Source: Lama glama
Lineage: Eukaryota
Length of the DNA: 64,000 bases
Assembly: GCA_028534125.1 (NCBI GenBank)
Contig: CM052817.1
Coordinates: forward strand, 27,406,001 to 27,470,000
Reading direction: 5' to 3'
Shown here piece after piece: positions 28,607-42,619 of the stretch. Positions within the stretch are counted from its first letter, which is position 1. The number at the start of each line of letters is the position of its first letter. The translations under genes and the position numbers were made by a program. Under the pieces are notes generated by a model that did not search any database, was not told the origin of the DNA, and saw nothing but the letters and a program-made list of their open reading frames with translations.

Positions 28607-28749
28607 TGTATTTGCTTGGCTTCCAATGAGGCCTAAAAAAAAAAAGAAAAGAAAAATGCATTTGTCTTTTGTCATTTATGAATAAAAAATACTGTATGGG
28701 TACCTTTAGTTATGTATTGTCTCAATTGTTTCCAGACCCATGAATGCGA

Positions 28750-29170
28750 TAACATGTAATGTAAAGAGGTGTCAAAATAAAATTCAGAGAGCTCTACTTG
28801 ATGTGAATATTTTATTGTGCAAGAAACAAACTGTGGACAGGGAGATTTCAAAACTGAAATTGGCAAGAAGCTGGCTCAGCAGTGACAGCTCAGTTTATAA
28901 ACGTAAGTGAGGAAGTGCATTTTAAAAAAATTGTGATTGGTTACTAGAAACTTCCCTTCCTTGTGGAGGGGTAGCACTGTTTTGGGGCTGATTGGCTAGG
29001 AAGCTGCAAGATCACAATGACAAGGAGAAAGCTTAAGTTTTGTTTAAGGTCAGAGTCAGTATTTGGGGGAAATCAGGACACTTTAAGTTCTGGTTATGTG
29101 GCTATGCGTGGTTGGTTTGCAGATACGCTCAAACTGTGACCTCCGCTTTGGTCTTCCCTTACCAGACGTA
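28750..29170 (-). mobile_element. Probable ERV-class solo LTR
   Basis: Minus-strand AATAAAA (28810), TATAAA (~28895) and CCAAT boxes (gattgg at 28935, 28990) in LTR order; ~420 bp. Confidence 0.45.
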
Positions 29171-29640
29171 CAAGTGTGTGGGTTTGCAAAATATGAAAAT
29201 ATATTCAGAGGATTCAAAAGGATGAGCCACAGTACACATGAAAATGTGCCTTTATGACTTATTTTATAATCATAGTCAACTATGTTCTTTAAAAAAGTAT
29301 TTTTAAAAGAAGATGTTATTCTTTTGAAGTTTAGTGAAACCTACCTTCCAAATTCACAGTAATCTTTGAACCATGATGAAAAGTAATTTCTTCTGTTTCT
29401 TTCTTCTGCTCTAGACAAGTGAATTCTTGCCTGACAGGTAAGTGAACTTTCCTTCCATCCAGCCTCCCACTTTCTGATCTGAGGGACCAGCATCATATGT
29501 ATCCTTTTTTTTTTTTTACCAGAAATAATTGCTTAAATAATTAACATGAAGGAAAGATTTCAAAATTTTTCATGGTATATTTTTCATGGTATCTATATAT
29601 CAAAAGATGGCCATAATGAGTAGGAAAAAAGTTACCTCAT

Positions 29641-29686
<46 letters not shown>
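29641..29686. repeat. (TAGA)11 microsatellite
   Basis: Direct inspection. Confidence 0.95.
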
Positions 29687-30009
29687 CTTGATGGATAGAT
29701 AGATAATAAATGACAGATAGATCCTCTCTCTCCAAAAAAAGGAGATATATGCTTGTGACTGCATAGAAAAAAAAATTCCTAAAGGGAATACTTCAAACTC
29801 TTGACTATGTCTGATGTGGGATGGAGAAGGGTGCAAGAGATCAGACTTTTCATTTTTTATTTTACCCATTTTGCTATGGTTTTGTTTTCCTCTTGTGAAT
29901 AATTACTACTTTAGTAATTGCTTACGCATTTAATTTTTTAAAATAAAGATACTTAACCATGGTAGTTGAAGGCAAGAGAATTGTGAGGAAGTAGCTTTAA
30001 AAGACAAAC

Positions 30010-30284
30010 TACACTTGCAACCAGTAGGTAAATAAGTCCTGGAGATCTAACGCACAGCACAGTGATCATAGCCAACAATACTGTGTTATGAACTTCAGAG
30101 TTGCTAAGAGACTAGCTCTTATTTGTCCCCACCACAAGAGAGAAATGACAATTATGTGACATGTTTAAGAAGTGTCAGCTAACACTCTGATAGTAATCAT
30201 ATGATAATATACAAATGTACCAAATCAGTGTGTGATACACCTTAAACTTATACAATGTTGTATATCAATTGTGTCTCAATATAA

Positions 30285-30340
<56 letters not shown>

Positions 30341-30343
30341 AAA
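30010..30343 (+). mobile_element. L1 3' end with (GAAA)n tail (30284-30343)
   Basis: aataagtcctggagatctaa..cacagcacagtga..acaccttaaacttatacaatgttgtatatcaatt then GAAA repeat. Confidence 0.8.
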
Positions 30344-30437
30344 CAAATTTTTCGATACAAGTTGTCTTTAACTTCCAGAATGACAAAAAAGTTAGTTCTT
30401 CATAACTTACAGCACACATAGAAATAATGTTAACCTA

Positions 30438-30937
30438 NNNNNNNNNNNNNNNNNNNNNNNNNNNNNNNNNNNNNNNNNNNNNNNNNNNNNNNNNNNNNNN
30501 NNNNNNNNNNNNNNNNNNNNNNNNNNNNNNNNNNNNNNNNNNNNNNNNNNNNNNNNNNNNNNNNNNNNNNNNNNNNNNNNNNNNNNNNNNNNNNNNNNNN
30601 NNNNNNNNNNNNNNNNNNNNNNNNNNNNNNNNNNNNNNNNNNNNNNNNNNNNNNNNNNNNNNNNNNNNNNNNNNNNNNNNNNNNNNNNNNNNNNNNNNNN
30701 NNNNNNNNNNNNNNNNNNNNNNNNNNNNNNNNNNNNNNNNNNNNNNNNNNNNNNNNNNNNNNNNNNNNNNNNNNNNNNNNNNNNNNNNNNNNNNNNNNNN
30801 NNNNNNNNNNNNNNNNNNNNNNNNNNNNNNNNNNNNNNNNNNNNNNNNNNNNNNNNNNNNNNNNNNNNNNNNNNNNNNNNNNNNNNNNNNNNNNNNNNNN
30901 NNNNNNNNNNNNNNNNNNNNNNNNNNNNNNNNNNNNN
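30438..30937. other. Assembly gap (500 N)
   Basis: Run of N. Confidence 1.
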
Positions 30938-32215
30938 GCAGAACAATGAAATTGGGCCCCTTTCTCAGACCACTAACAAAAATTAACTTAAAATGAATCA
31001 AAGACTTAAACATAAGACCTGATATTATAAATCTCTTAGAAGAAAACGTAGGGAAGAAGCTCGTCAATATCAATCTTGGCAATGATTTTGTGGACATGAT
31101 GCCAAAAGCACAAAACGGCATAAAGCAAAAGTCAAAAAAATAGGTGGGACTACATCAAACTCAAAAGCTTCTACACAGCAAAAGAAACAATTAATAAAAC
31201 GAAAATACAACCTGTAGAATGGGAGAAAGTTTTTGCAAATCATACATCAAATAAGGGGGTTAATATCCAAAATACATAAAGAACTCAGTTAACTTAATAA
31301 CAAAAAAAACCCCAAGCAATCTGATTTAAAAATGAGCAGAAAAACTAAATAGACCTTTTTTTCCCCAAAGAGAACAGCAAATGGCCATCTGACACTTGAA
31401 AAGATGCTCAACATCTCTAATCATCAGGGAAATCAAAACCTCCATGTGATATCACCTCACACCCATTAGAATGGCTTTCATCAAGAACACAAGAGACAAG
31501 TGCTGGTGAGCACGTGGTGAAAAGGGAAGCCTCACACATTGTTGGTGGGAATGTAAACTGGTCCAACTGCTATGGAAAACAATATGGAGGGTTCTCACAA
31601 AATTAAAAATAGATCTACCATGTGATCCAGCAATTCCATTTCTAGGTATAGACCCAAAGGAAATGAAAAGAGGATTTCAACCAGACATATGCATTCCCAT
31701 GTTTGTTGCAGCATTATTCACAATAGCCATGATAAGGATAAAACCCAAATGCCCATCAATGGGTGAATGGATAAAAAAGATGTGGTACATCTACACAATA
31801 GAATATTAGCCATGAGAAAGGAGGATACCTCCCATTTGTGACAATGTGGATGGACCTCGAGCACATTAAGATAAGCAAGATAAGTCAGACTGAGAAAGGC
31901 AAGTACTGTATGATATCACTTCTATGTGGAATCTTAAAAAGTGAAGAGTAGCATGGTGGTTACCAGGGAACAGGAGGTGGGGAGGTAAGAGTGATGATGT
32001 TTAATGGTACAAACTTGTGAAGAACAGCAAATGAGCCATAGAGATCTAATGCACAGTATAATGAATATAGACAATAATATTGTTCTGTAATTATATAGTG
32101 TGATATATATCTCTCCATGGGCAATGATATTACAATATATAAATGTATCAAAGTAATACAGCTGTACATCTTAAATGTATACACTGTTACATGTCAAATT
32201 TATTCAATTAAAAAT
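30938..32215 (+). mobile_element. L1 ORF2 3' portion and 3' UTR (degenerate)
   Basis: gacttaaacataagacct, tgggactacatcaaact, cacctcacacccattagaatggct, gatccagcaattcca, gcagcattattcacaatagcc; stops and frameshifts present. Confidence 0.92.
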
Positions 32216-32439
32216 TGAGATATGGTTCACAGACCATAAAATTCACCCTTTTAAAGTATACAATTCAGTGGGTTTTAGTATACTCACAAAATTGTATAGC
32301 CATCACCACTGTCTAGTTCCAGAACATTTTCTTAACCCTCTCTACCCTTTTAAACATTGACTTAGTGCATCAGCAGGCAGGCAAAGGGCAGTGCTGGGTT
32401 CTGGGCTGTGACCTCAGTGACCCCTCTGGACTCCGGGAC

Positions 32440-32690
32440 CTCTCAGAGAACAGGGTTTTGGGATTAAAAGGGACATGGGTTCAGAGCTCAGCTCTGCCAC
32501 TTATCAGCTCTGGGATCTTAAGCAAGTTGCTTGGCCTCTCTGTTACCTGTCTTTTTTTCACCTGTAAAATGAGAACAGTAATACCTAACTCAGGAGTTTT
32601 GAAAAGTTATAATACATAACAAATGCAAAACAAATGCTACTCTGTCAGATAGCAGAATATCTAACACATAGTAAATATTCCCCAAACACA
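32440..32690 (+). mobile_element. MIR SINE
   Basis: tgggttcagagctcagctctgccactta..gcaagttgcttggcctctctg..ctgtaaaatgagaa. Confidence 0.7.
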
Positions 32691-34777
32691 GTATCTTATG
32701 GCCCAGACAAGCCAGGTTTACACTCCACTTTTGCCCGAAGTCCCCATGCCACTGGGGCCTTAAAGAAATTAAGTTTTACACTGAGGCTCTTCCTGTTCTG
32801 GAAATCACCACTTAAATCGTTGGCTAGAAAATAGCAAATAGTCATCCACTTGGCTCCCTAATGAAATTATGTCCAGGTAAGGAGGCTTTATTTCCCCCTT
32901 GATGTCTGACTCTCCCCAGAGGGAGATCTTTGACATCAAATACAAGGCTAGAGTAACACCGTTCTTCAATCACTTGGCCTTGGGGTATTTTAACAAACTA
33001 AATAGCTTTAGGTTCAGACGAAAGATAAAGTGAGTGACAGCCGAGCAAATGAAGAATTCCTTTCCTCATTTTTTTAAACCTTTTTAGCATATTGGCTGAA
33101 GGTTGGGGCTATGGGCAGAATCCTGGCCCTACCATTATTAGTGGTGTGACTTGGACATATGACTCAATAACTTTGGATTTCAACAGTGTAACGGAAGGAA
33201 GGCACCACCTTCATCACCACCTGCAACATAGCGGCTGCTGTGGGGTGCACTTAGCACAGCCTCAGCCCCTGTGAATGCTCAGTAAATAGGAGGAGGATAT
33301 TCAAGTCCTGTTGAAATCTTCGAATCACTTCCTGCTCTCCCATGCTATCACACTGTCACCTCCAGCCAACAGTGGTCTTCAAAATCCTGGAATTTTCATT
33401 GTTTAGCTTTGGGAACTTGTTTTATCCTATTTTGTCCTTTGAAGGAGCATGTGATAAGACCTCTCTAATATTTCTTCTACCTGTAGAGTAAAATGATCAC
33501 GACCTGGTCTTGATGAGAGAGTCTTAAAGTCAGAGCTTTGCAGAGGGATGGAACACCCTGCTCTCATCAATTAGCAAGGAGCTCCTCCTGGCTTGTGTGT
33601 GTGCGTGCGTGCGCGTGTGTGGTCTATGCACCACAGAACCCTTGGCAGCCGGTGATGCCCGTGAACCCCTCTCCAAATAAGGTTTCTTAAATGCAAAAAA
33701 AAAAAAAAGCAGAGGATTACAAAAGAAACCAATCAAAATAAAATCGTGAAAAATGTTTTAAAACAAATTGGTGTTATAATCATGTATGTACATCCTTATT
33801 AATGTATTCAACAACAAGATCCAGTGACTGGTTTAATAATTACTATAATTTCAAATTAATGAAAATGTAAATGATATATGGAGATAGTTTCAAAATCTCT
33901 AATGTGAAATAAAAGTATCTGTGATTCCACTGGTGACAGTCGCAGGTACTGATAATACTACTGCAGCTTTCTTTTCTGTCTTCGTCATTGAAAAAATGCT
34001 AAATGTCAGGTGGAGATTAGTAAAAAATAAAAAAAAATTACACTTTTTTTCCCCTCTCCTCCTTGAATTCTATCCATGAATCCAAGGTTAAGAACTCCTG
34101 AGTTAAGCCAAGACTAACATTATCCAAGATGTCTCACTTTGATGATGGGGACATAGTCATACATCATTTTCAGATAACCTTGCCTATTGTCCTGAGGAGG
34201 ACACAGGACTTTGCACCACACTTTGCTTTCCAACATGGAAATACTACTGAGTGAAGGCACCCAGTCATTATTATCTGTGGAGATTTGTGAGCAGCTGCTC
34301 TGAAATCAAGGCTGGAAAATTAAGGATTCAGATGGGTTTTTGCCATTTGCGCCACCCATCTGTCATGGTGGTGATAAATGAGTGTGGAGGCTGACATCTA
34401 TTCCTAACATCCATTCCCGTCCACCGGCCAACATTCCACACTTTGTAAGTGTAACCATCCTTTGCCCTTTCGTGGGCCATGCCCCTGGCCACGCCTGGTC
34501 TTGTTCACTTACCAGAAAGGGACTGAGAGTTGGAGATACATAGCCTTGAAGAAAACATTCTCCCTCCTCCTGGGTATCCCAAAGCCTTTCAGGCCCTGGA
34601 CCTCATTCTGAATCTGGTTGGGATTCTCATCCCAATACTGCTCCACCTGTTGCCCTTTCTAGCTTTCGTCTACCTTTCTGAGTCTTTTTGCAAGATGAGA
34701 TCTCCCTCTGAGGTTGGCAGTATAGAAACTCATGGGCTAAAATGAATTCTTCCCCTGGAGGAGACTGTAAAAAAAAC

Positions 34778-34980
34778 AGTGGTTAAAAGATACACACTAC
34801 TATATACAAAATGGAGAAACAACAATGACCTACTGTATCACACCGAGAACTATATTCAATATCTTGTTATAACCTATAATGGAAAAGAATCTGAAAAAAA
34901 ATATATAAAACTGAATCACTCTGCTGTACACCTGAATCATTGTGAAACTATACATTTAAAGAAATTCAAACAAATAAAAG
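34778..34980 (+). mobile_element. L1 3' end fragment
   Basis: aacaacaatgacctactgtat..gaactatattcaatatcttgttataacctataatggaaaagaatctgaaaa. Confidence 0.8.
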
Positions 34981-34984
34981 AGCA

Positions 34985-35200
34985 GTCAAACCAGCTGGGG
35001 TTGGACTCCTGCTACAATACTACCAGCTGTGTGACCTGGCATGTCACCTAAACTTCTATGCCTCAGTTTCCTCCTAAGAAAAAAATGGGAACCACACTTC
35101 CTGGCAGGGCAGTTGTGAGGACTGAGTGCTTTAAAGCCTTGTGAGCTTGAAAGTGCTTGGCACATAATAAGCACTGAATAAACATTAGTAGTTATTACTT
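34985..35200 (+). mobile_element. MIR SINE
   Basis: gctgtgtgacctgg..tgcctcagtttcctc..gttgtgaggact..gtgcttggcacataataagcact. Confidence 0.7.
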
Positions 35201-37139
35201 GTCCGCCCTTGGCTGATTCTAGCCTGTTGCTGTCACCCTCAGCAAAGTTCTCCAAGTCCAGCCTTTGCATGTTCTCTCACATTCTGTGCTCCTGAGCCAC
35301 TGACTCAAGTGACAACTGAGGGCTCTTTTTAATCTTCCGAAGGCTGAGCTAGAGAGATCAAGAAAGAATCTGCAAGTTACATAATAAAATAATATTAAAA
35401 ATAATATCTGACATTTGCTGGAAACTTCCTGCTATGCCAGATACTTCTTGTACATCTTATTTACTCCCCCCAACAACCTCTTAAGTCTGTACTGTTATTT
35501 ATATTTATGGTTGATGAATCAGGCTCAGGGGGATTAATCACTTGCTGTCCAAGGTCACAGAGTTCCTTTCCCTGAATTGAGGGCCATCTCTGTCTAGCCA
35601 GAGACTGTTCTCCTAAGGACATGAGGTGGCCACAGAGAAGCATCTGGGGGGAGTAGCAGACAGCTACTCTTTGCTGAGTTATCAGCTTTCCTCTGAAACC
35701 TCTCTCTGGTTCCCTGTAGTCAGCCACGGTGAAGGAGACTTGGCTTAGAGGTGGCCCTCTGGCAGTGGCTCATACAGCTTTTGTGAAGTCACATGTGGTC
35801 CTGGAGTTGCCAGGAAAAAGGATGACTTGATGAGCCAAAATGCAAATTCCTTAGGAGAGGAAAAGTGAAAGTGAGCTTGTTCACACTGTGCAGGGCTCCA
35901 AGGAAATGACACAATGCGAGAGACATAGTGTCCTGCCACTAGACTCCATCTTATTAGGGGAGCATTATTCTGCATTTGATCATGAACTTGCCTCCCAACA
36001 GTTTGCTTCTTTGACCAGAGGCAGAGGTGACCTAAAGTAAAAAGAAGTTGACATTTGAAATCCAAAAGCTGGTTGCCTCCAGACATTTAAAATGTAATCT
36101 TCTGGGAAGCTGGGGCAAGGGTGGGCAGTGGGGGTGGGGAGAGAGTGGCATGTTTTCCTCACCATTCTCCAGAGTTCCCTTTGTCCCGGAGATAAGTTGC
36201 TCAAAGCAGGTCAAGGCCAGCAGAAGGGAATCTGGGGAAGCTGACCCAGTTTATTCACATCCGAAAGGATTTCTAGGGCCTTCACGGGGGTTTCCAAAAA
36301 CACTTCTTTGGCTATTTGCTTTTTCCTCTTCTTTCTCTAGCTCTCTTCTTGTTTTCTTTCTCCTTCCTGGTCTTGTCTCTCCCTGGTCTGCCCATTTTTC
36401 TAGCTCACAGAGGCTTCCCTGGTGGCCCTGAATGCCTTCGGGAAGACAAATTTTCCTCTAGCCAAGCCCAGCACTGAGTCACCTGGGTTTTGAATGCTCT
36501 TTTTGCCAGTAAATTCTTGCCCTTCTTTTTGCCTCTCCCAGACCTTCTAAGTTACATTTACAACCAAAGACTCTTCTGGCTAAGGGGTCTGGCACTTGCT
36601 GACATCTTAGCCCAGCACAATTAATACTGTTGTTTATGGAATACTGTCTCAAAATGTTTACTGAAGGCTATTTCAAGACAGATTTTTTTAAAGACTATTT
36701 AAAAGCCTTTTGGAAAAACTATTTGAAGTTTGATAAGACCCAAAGGTTTCAAATTTCTGAATGAAACCCATCCAATCTGATGCAAGCCTTATTTGGAATC
36801 TTAAGGTGAGAAGCCCTGATAAATTCAAACCAGATCAACTGCTAATCTTCAGACCAGAGGAGGCAGATTGTGGCCCTCCCTCAAATGAGGGGAGCTGACT
36901 TGTCTATTGCTAAGCCCAACCAGAAAAGTACTCAGGTTTAAGTACCAGAAGTCCACACAGGCAACTGCTTGAAGAAGGTGGCCCAGCCAAACAATTCAAG
37001 GAAGAGGCAAGATTCCATCTTGGGTCTATGGTAGTGATTCCTTCCTTCCACAAAGGGGACATTGAAGCTCCCAACCACCCCCCCCCCAACTCCCACCACG
37101 CCCAAGCACACCTGTTCCCAACATAGTCTCAATTCTGGC

Positions 37140-37560
37140 TCAGGCTTTCTCATATCCTCTGTGGGGCTTGTTAGACACAAATGGCTGGGCCTCATTCCCA
37201 GAGTTCCTGATTCAATAGGTCTAGGATGAGGGTCTAAGAATTGGTGTGTCTAACAAGCTCCCCGGTGGTGCTCAGGCTGCTGGTCCAGGGACCACACTTT
37301 GGGAACCACTAGTATAGCTGATGGGCAGGCTCTGGAATCAGATATCCTGGGTTCAAAGACTGGCCCCATCACTCATACACCAGGGCCTCTTGAGCAAGTC
37401 GCCCTCTCTGTTGCCTCAGCTTCCTCATCTGTTTAAAAGAAAATAAGGATAGAAAGTGCATACGTTTCCCGATGTTGTTCTGAGGAGCAGATGAGATAAT
37501 GCATGGGAAACAAAGCCTGGTGCAGGCAAGTGCTGGCTAATTCCAGTTGTGGTTGATGTT
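37140..37560. mobile_element. MER5A-like element (~37140-37312) followed by MIR (~37315-37560)
   Basis: ctgattcaataggtct..tctaacaagctccccggtg..gctgctggtccagggaccacactttgggaaccact; then ggctctggaatcaga..ctgggttcaaa..gcctcagcttcctcatctg. Confidence 0.75.
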
Positions 37561-38059
37561 ATTTCTCCAAACACACCAACATTGCACAGCTGCTCTCTGG
37601 TGGGTGCCTTCCTGATGAACCTGCCATGCAGAGGTCCTCCGGGTGTCCCTGGGTGCCAGCAGTTTGCGGGGCTTTAGGAGGCTGGACCGCCAGGCCCTCT
37701 CCCAACGCCATCAGTCCTGAAGGTGCCAGCACACTGCACTTTCTCCAACTTGGAAATTAGCATCCCGCCTTCTTGCTACCGAGTCCCACAGTGGACTAGG
37801 CACTGATCTCTTGTGCTCTGTGACTGGGAAAGAAAGAAAAACGAACAAGAAGAATCCTGCCTGCTATCTCAAGCACTAAATTTTATATTGGTTGAAATTA
37901 GCTGCATGAATTTGATTCCCCAAACCACCTGGGTTTCCAGAGCCCCAACAGATTCTTGATGCTTTGTACACTTTCCTCTGTTCTCCCTTATCATCTTGAA
38001 ATTAATTTAAAAACAAGCAAACAAAAACAAATCAAGGAAAAGTCAGAAGAGCTCAGTTG

Positions 38060-39748
38060 CTAGACTTGCTTTTTGTTTTTATTATCAACAATCAAGTTAA
38101 TGGTACACTCTTGGAAAACTATATGCACATGTAGAAATATTTCCCTCTTAAATAGAAGCATTCATTGTAACACATATAAATAAATTCAAAAATCTGAAAC
38201 ATAACTTATGACGCTTATGTTCACGAACGTAGTCCAACAAGAACTAAAAAGAAATCAGACAGACATGCACCTGATAACAAAAATATATACCATTGTTTGA
38301 ACCGTGGTCTCTCTAAACACAGAGGAATTGAACCCGTGAGAACCTTATTATTCCATAAAGACACGCCATAGAGACTACAAGAAGAGAAAAACATCATACA
38401 GTCACGTAGAGGAGACGGTCTGTACTGATATTAACACGATACAATTGAGTCACAGAACACAGTTGTAGAAAGACACCAAAAAAGTTAAAGCCTCAACATT
38501 CAACTAATATCTATAGTTTGTGCCTTTTAAAATAAAAAATAAACAAACAAAAAATCCCAACAAAGGTGTCTAAACTGCGCAAAGAATGGAATCATCAATA
38601 TACAGTCCATCCACCATACAGGATGTGAGTCCATTTCGGATCAAACAGAAATGCAGAGACACAAACTTGTGTGCGCGCCTTTTCCTTGCTGGGTAGATCT
38701 CTGCAGCCAGTTGCTTGGACTGCAGTTGACTCCAATCCAAAGCAGTGCCAGAAAGTTCAGTAAAAGCTGGTGGAAGAAAATGCCGGTGGGGGTGTCAGGA
38801 GAGAAAAAAAGGGAAGAGTTGCGAAATACATGACAGTTTGCAGAGTTTGCGGATGAAAGGCATCTCATGTATAGGGCATCTTTCAGGGCCGAGTGGCTGC
38901 ACACATTCGGGCTGAGAGTTGCAATGCTGTGGGGTTCGGATGCGCAGTTGGCAGAATGGTGTTCGACGAAGTGGGGCAGGCAAGAGGGCTCGAGAAGTCA
39001 CCTTGGCCGCGGGAACAGTACGCATGAGTCGTCGCCGCAGCGGCCCGAACCCAAGGACGAGAGGGAAAGGGGGGCTGGAAAGCGTCCCTACTCTTCCCCG
39101 AGGAGGAGCCCCAAGGGAGTCTGTGCTGTCTGGACGGTGCGGATGAATTCAGGGGTTCACAAGCTAGAGCCCTCAGACAGTGCCAACTGCAGCTTCCCTC
39201 TTCCTCTCTTTAGTTTATTTTTTCCTAGATTGTAAGACCTTTCGGGTATTTTTAAATTGTTACTTCCTTCCTATATATATATATTTAATTTGGGAGAGCT
39301 TTGTTCCTTTTTCTAAGCAAGTCACTGAGTTGGTTGTGGCCCCCCATCCCTGTCTCCCTGTCACCTGCTCGGGCCACAGACACACATTCCCCGAGACGGA
39401 CGTACACCGACACGCAGACACAGCCCCCTGAGAGCGCCCCCGAGTCCAGGCCGCGCCGCTCACACCTCCCAGGCAGCAGGCGGAGCCCTGGCCCGTCTGC
39501 GCGGCCCTGAGGCAGGTGCGAAGCCAGGGAAGTGTTTCGTTTCGTTTGGAGGTTGAGGAAGAGGGTAGGAGTGGGGTTGAAATGGGGGCGACGCCATTTT
39601 CTCTTTATTCTTACCGCGATTACGTTAGGCTCTCGAGGAAACAGCCACGGCAGCAGCGACAATAGCCTTGGGCCTACCCGCTCGCCCGCTCGCCCGCCCG
39701 GCCCCGGCTCGCCCGCCGCCGCCGCCGCCGCCGCCGCGGGACCCCAGA
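38060..39748 (-). other. PHOX2B: PHOX2B 3' UTR (~1.7 kb)
   Basis: Between stop codon and polyA signal; no interspersed repeats seen; AUUUAUUUA at 38177-38185. Confidence 0.75.
38078..38083 (-). terminator. Polyadenylation signal of PHOX2B
   Basis: tttatt (+) = AATAAA (-); downstream U/GU-rich element on - strand at ~38005-38032. Confidence 0.75.
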
Positions 39749-40360
<612 letters not shown>

Positions 40361-41233
40361 TTAAACTTCACGCGCCGCAGGTACTCCCGCGCACATCCAC
40401 CCCACTAAGTCAGCCTCGCCAGTGGCTGGTGCATCTTTGGAGAAACGTTCTTAGGGCGACCTGAGCATGCCCCGGAAACGGTGGCTTGCAGGAAAACTAA
40501 AAAGGCTGCAGGTGCCAGAAAGGCCCTAAAATGGAAGTTCTTATTTTGGCGGGCCTTTGCTCGGTCTACTTCCTGAGCTACCCCAAACTCGCCATCGCCT
40601 CTAGGCCTCAGGTCTCAAATTAAACTCTAGTTGATAGACGGAGGAGGGGGTCTCTGCGTTTGGCCCCTGCTGCCCATCCTGGCCTTTGGGTGCGCACCGC
40701 CCCTCCTTTGGGGGGCTCACCTGGAGAGGCGCCCTGGCCAGCTCTTTAGAGCAGTTGGGTCTCTAAAAGGTTAGAGTAAACCGCGGATCTTGACCTTCAT
40801 AGACTCCCAACCCTTTTGCGAATCTGCTGCAAGTCACAGTTCCCGGGAAAATGCACCTGTACCGATACGCCATTAGCTCCAAGTTAAAAGCTCTTGAGTT
40901 AGGAGGTACTTGGCAAAAAATACGTAAAATATAGAAGTAAAATCTGCACTCCTCCCCCAGGGCATTTCCTGTCCCCGAAATGCCTCTCTCATTCATACCT
41001 CAAGGCCCCTGAATGCCTCTGCAGCGCTAGCTGAGGTGGAAAACACATGCAGCTGTGAATTTAGGGCCAAAACGCGCTCCCTAGCCCTTCCTGGCGCGCA
41101 AAGGCCACTTAGAACTTGTCTTCTCAGGAGAGGCCCGGAAATTCGCACCTTCAGTAGAATCACCCGCATCCCTGCACTGCACCCCTGCCCGGCGAGGTGC
41201 CGCAAAGCCGGGTAGGTTTCCGGGCAAGCGTAC

Positions 41234-41421
41234 CTGGACTCGCGCCTCGGTGAGGTCGATCTTCAGGGCCAGCTCCTCCCGGGTGTAGATGTCAGGGTAG
41301 TGCGTCTCCGCGAAGACCCTCTCCAGCTCTTTCAGCTGCGCACTCGTGAAAGTGGTGCGGATGCGCCGCTGCTTGCGCTTCTCGTTGAGGCCGCCGTGAT
41401 CCGTGAAGAGTTTGTAAGGAA
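41234..41421 (-). CDS. PHOX2B: PHOX2B exon 2 (homeodomain N-terminal part)
   Basis: gtcccctAG acceptor, GTACGC donor; [63 protein letters not shown]; 188 nt. Confidence 0.98.
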
Positions 41422-42194
41422 CTAGGGGACAACAGAGAAGAAAGGGTGTGAGCGAAATGGCCTGGAGCGCGCGGGCCGCGGAGCTGGCATGTGGGGACTC
41501 CAAGGTCAGGTGGCGCTGGAGCGGCCGCCGACACCGGCGCCGAAGAGTGGCCGAGAGGAGCTGGAGAGAAACCCCGAGCAAATTAGTTATACACGGAAAC
41601 AGGGGCGCAAACTTCGGGCTTTGGCGGGGTCCCTCTGGACACAAGCGCCTTTGGGTAGGTTGAAATAGCGCACTGGGGACGGCTGAGGGCCGGGGACGCA
41701 GTAATGTTTTGATGAGGAAAAACGAAAGAAGAAAGAAGTCCGAAAACATCATTCGGAATATCAGGAAGCCAGGGAAGAAGTTACTAAACACTTCCACTGT
41801 TGGAACTTTTTAATTCTCAAAAGTTGACCCGGCCCGAAAGTTGGGGAAAAGCGCTGCAAAAAAATAATGATAAATTAAAGAAATACTCTTAAAAATGACC
41901 AGCCAAAGAGGTGTGAGCCGCTGTCGGTTCTTTAAAAAGGAGACACTGCCAGTAATGAGCTTTACTCTTTGTTATTTAATTATTTTCTAAGCTTTACGTC
42001 TCATCGCAAAGTAAATAAATTATGCCTATCATTTTGGCAGCTTAAGATAATTTTGTTGGCGGTTCGGGTGTGACTAGGATAGTGTAACCCTGTAAGTGAA
42101 TTACCCCTCCCTGCAATCGCTTCTAACGTGATAAATTCTTTCATTTGTGTAAGCAAATTTCGTTTGGTAAATACTAAACACATTTCCATTTTCA

Positions 42195-42596
<402 letters not shown>

Positions 42597-42619
42597 TCAA
42601 CGCCTGCCTCCAAACTGGC

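Noticed and set aside
30407..31121. Long ORFs of 179-228 aa
   Set aside because: Artefacts of the 500-N gap plus L1 sequence
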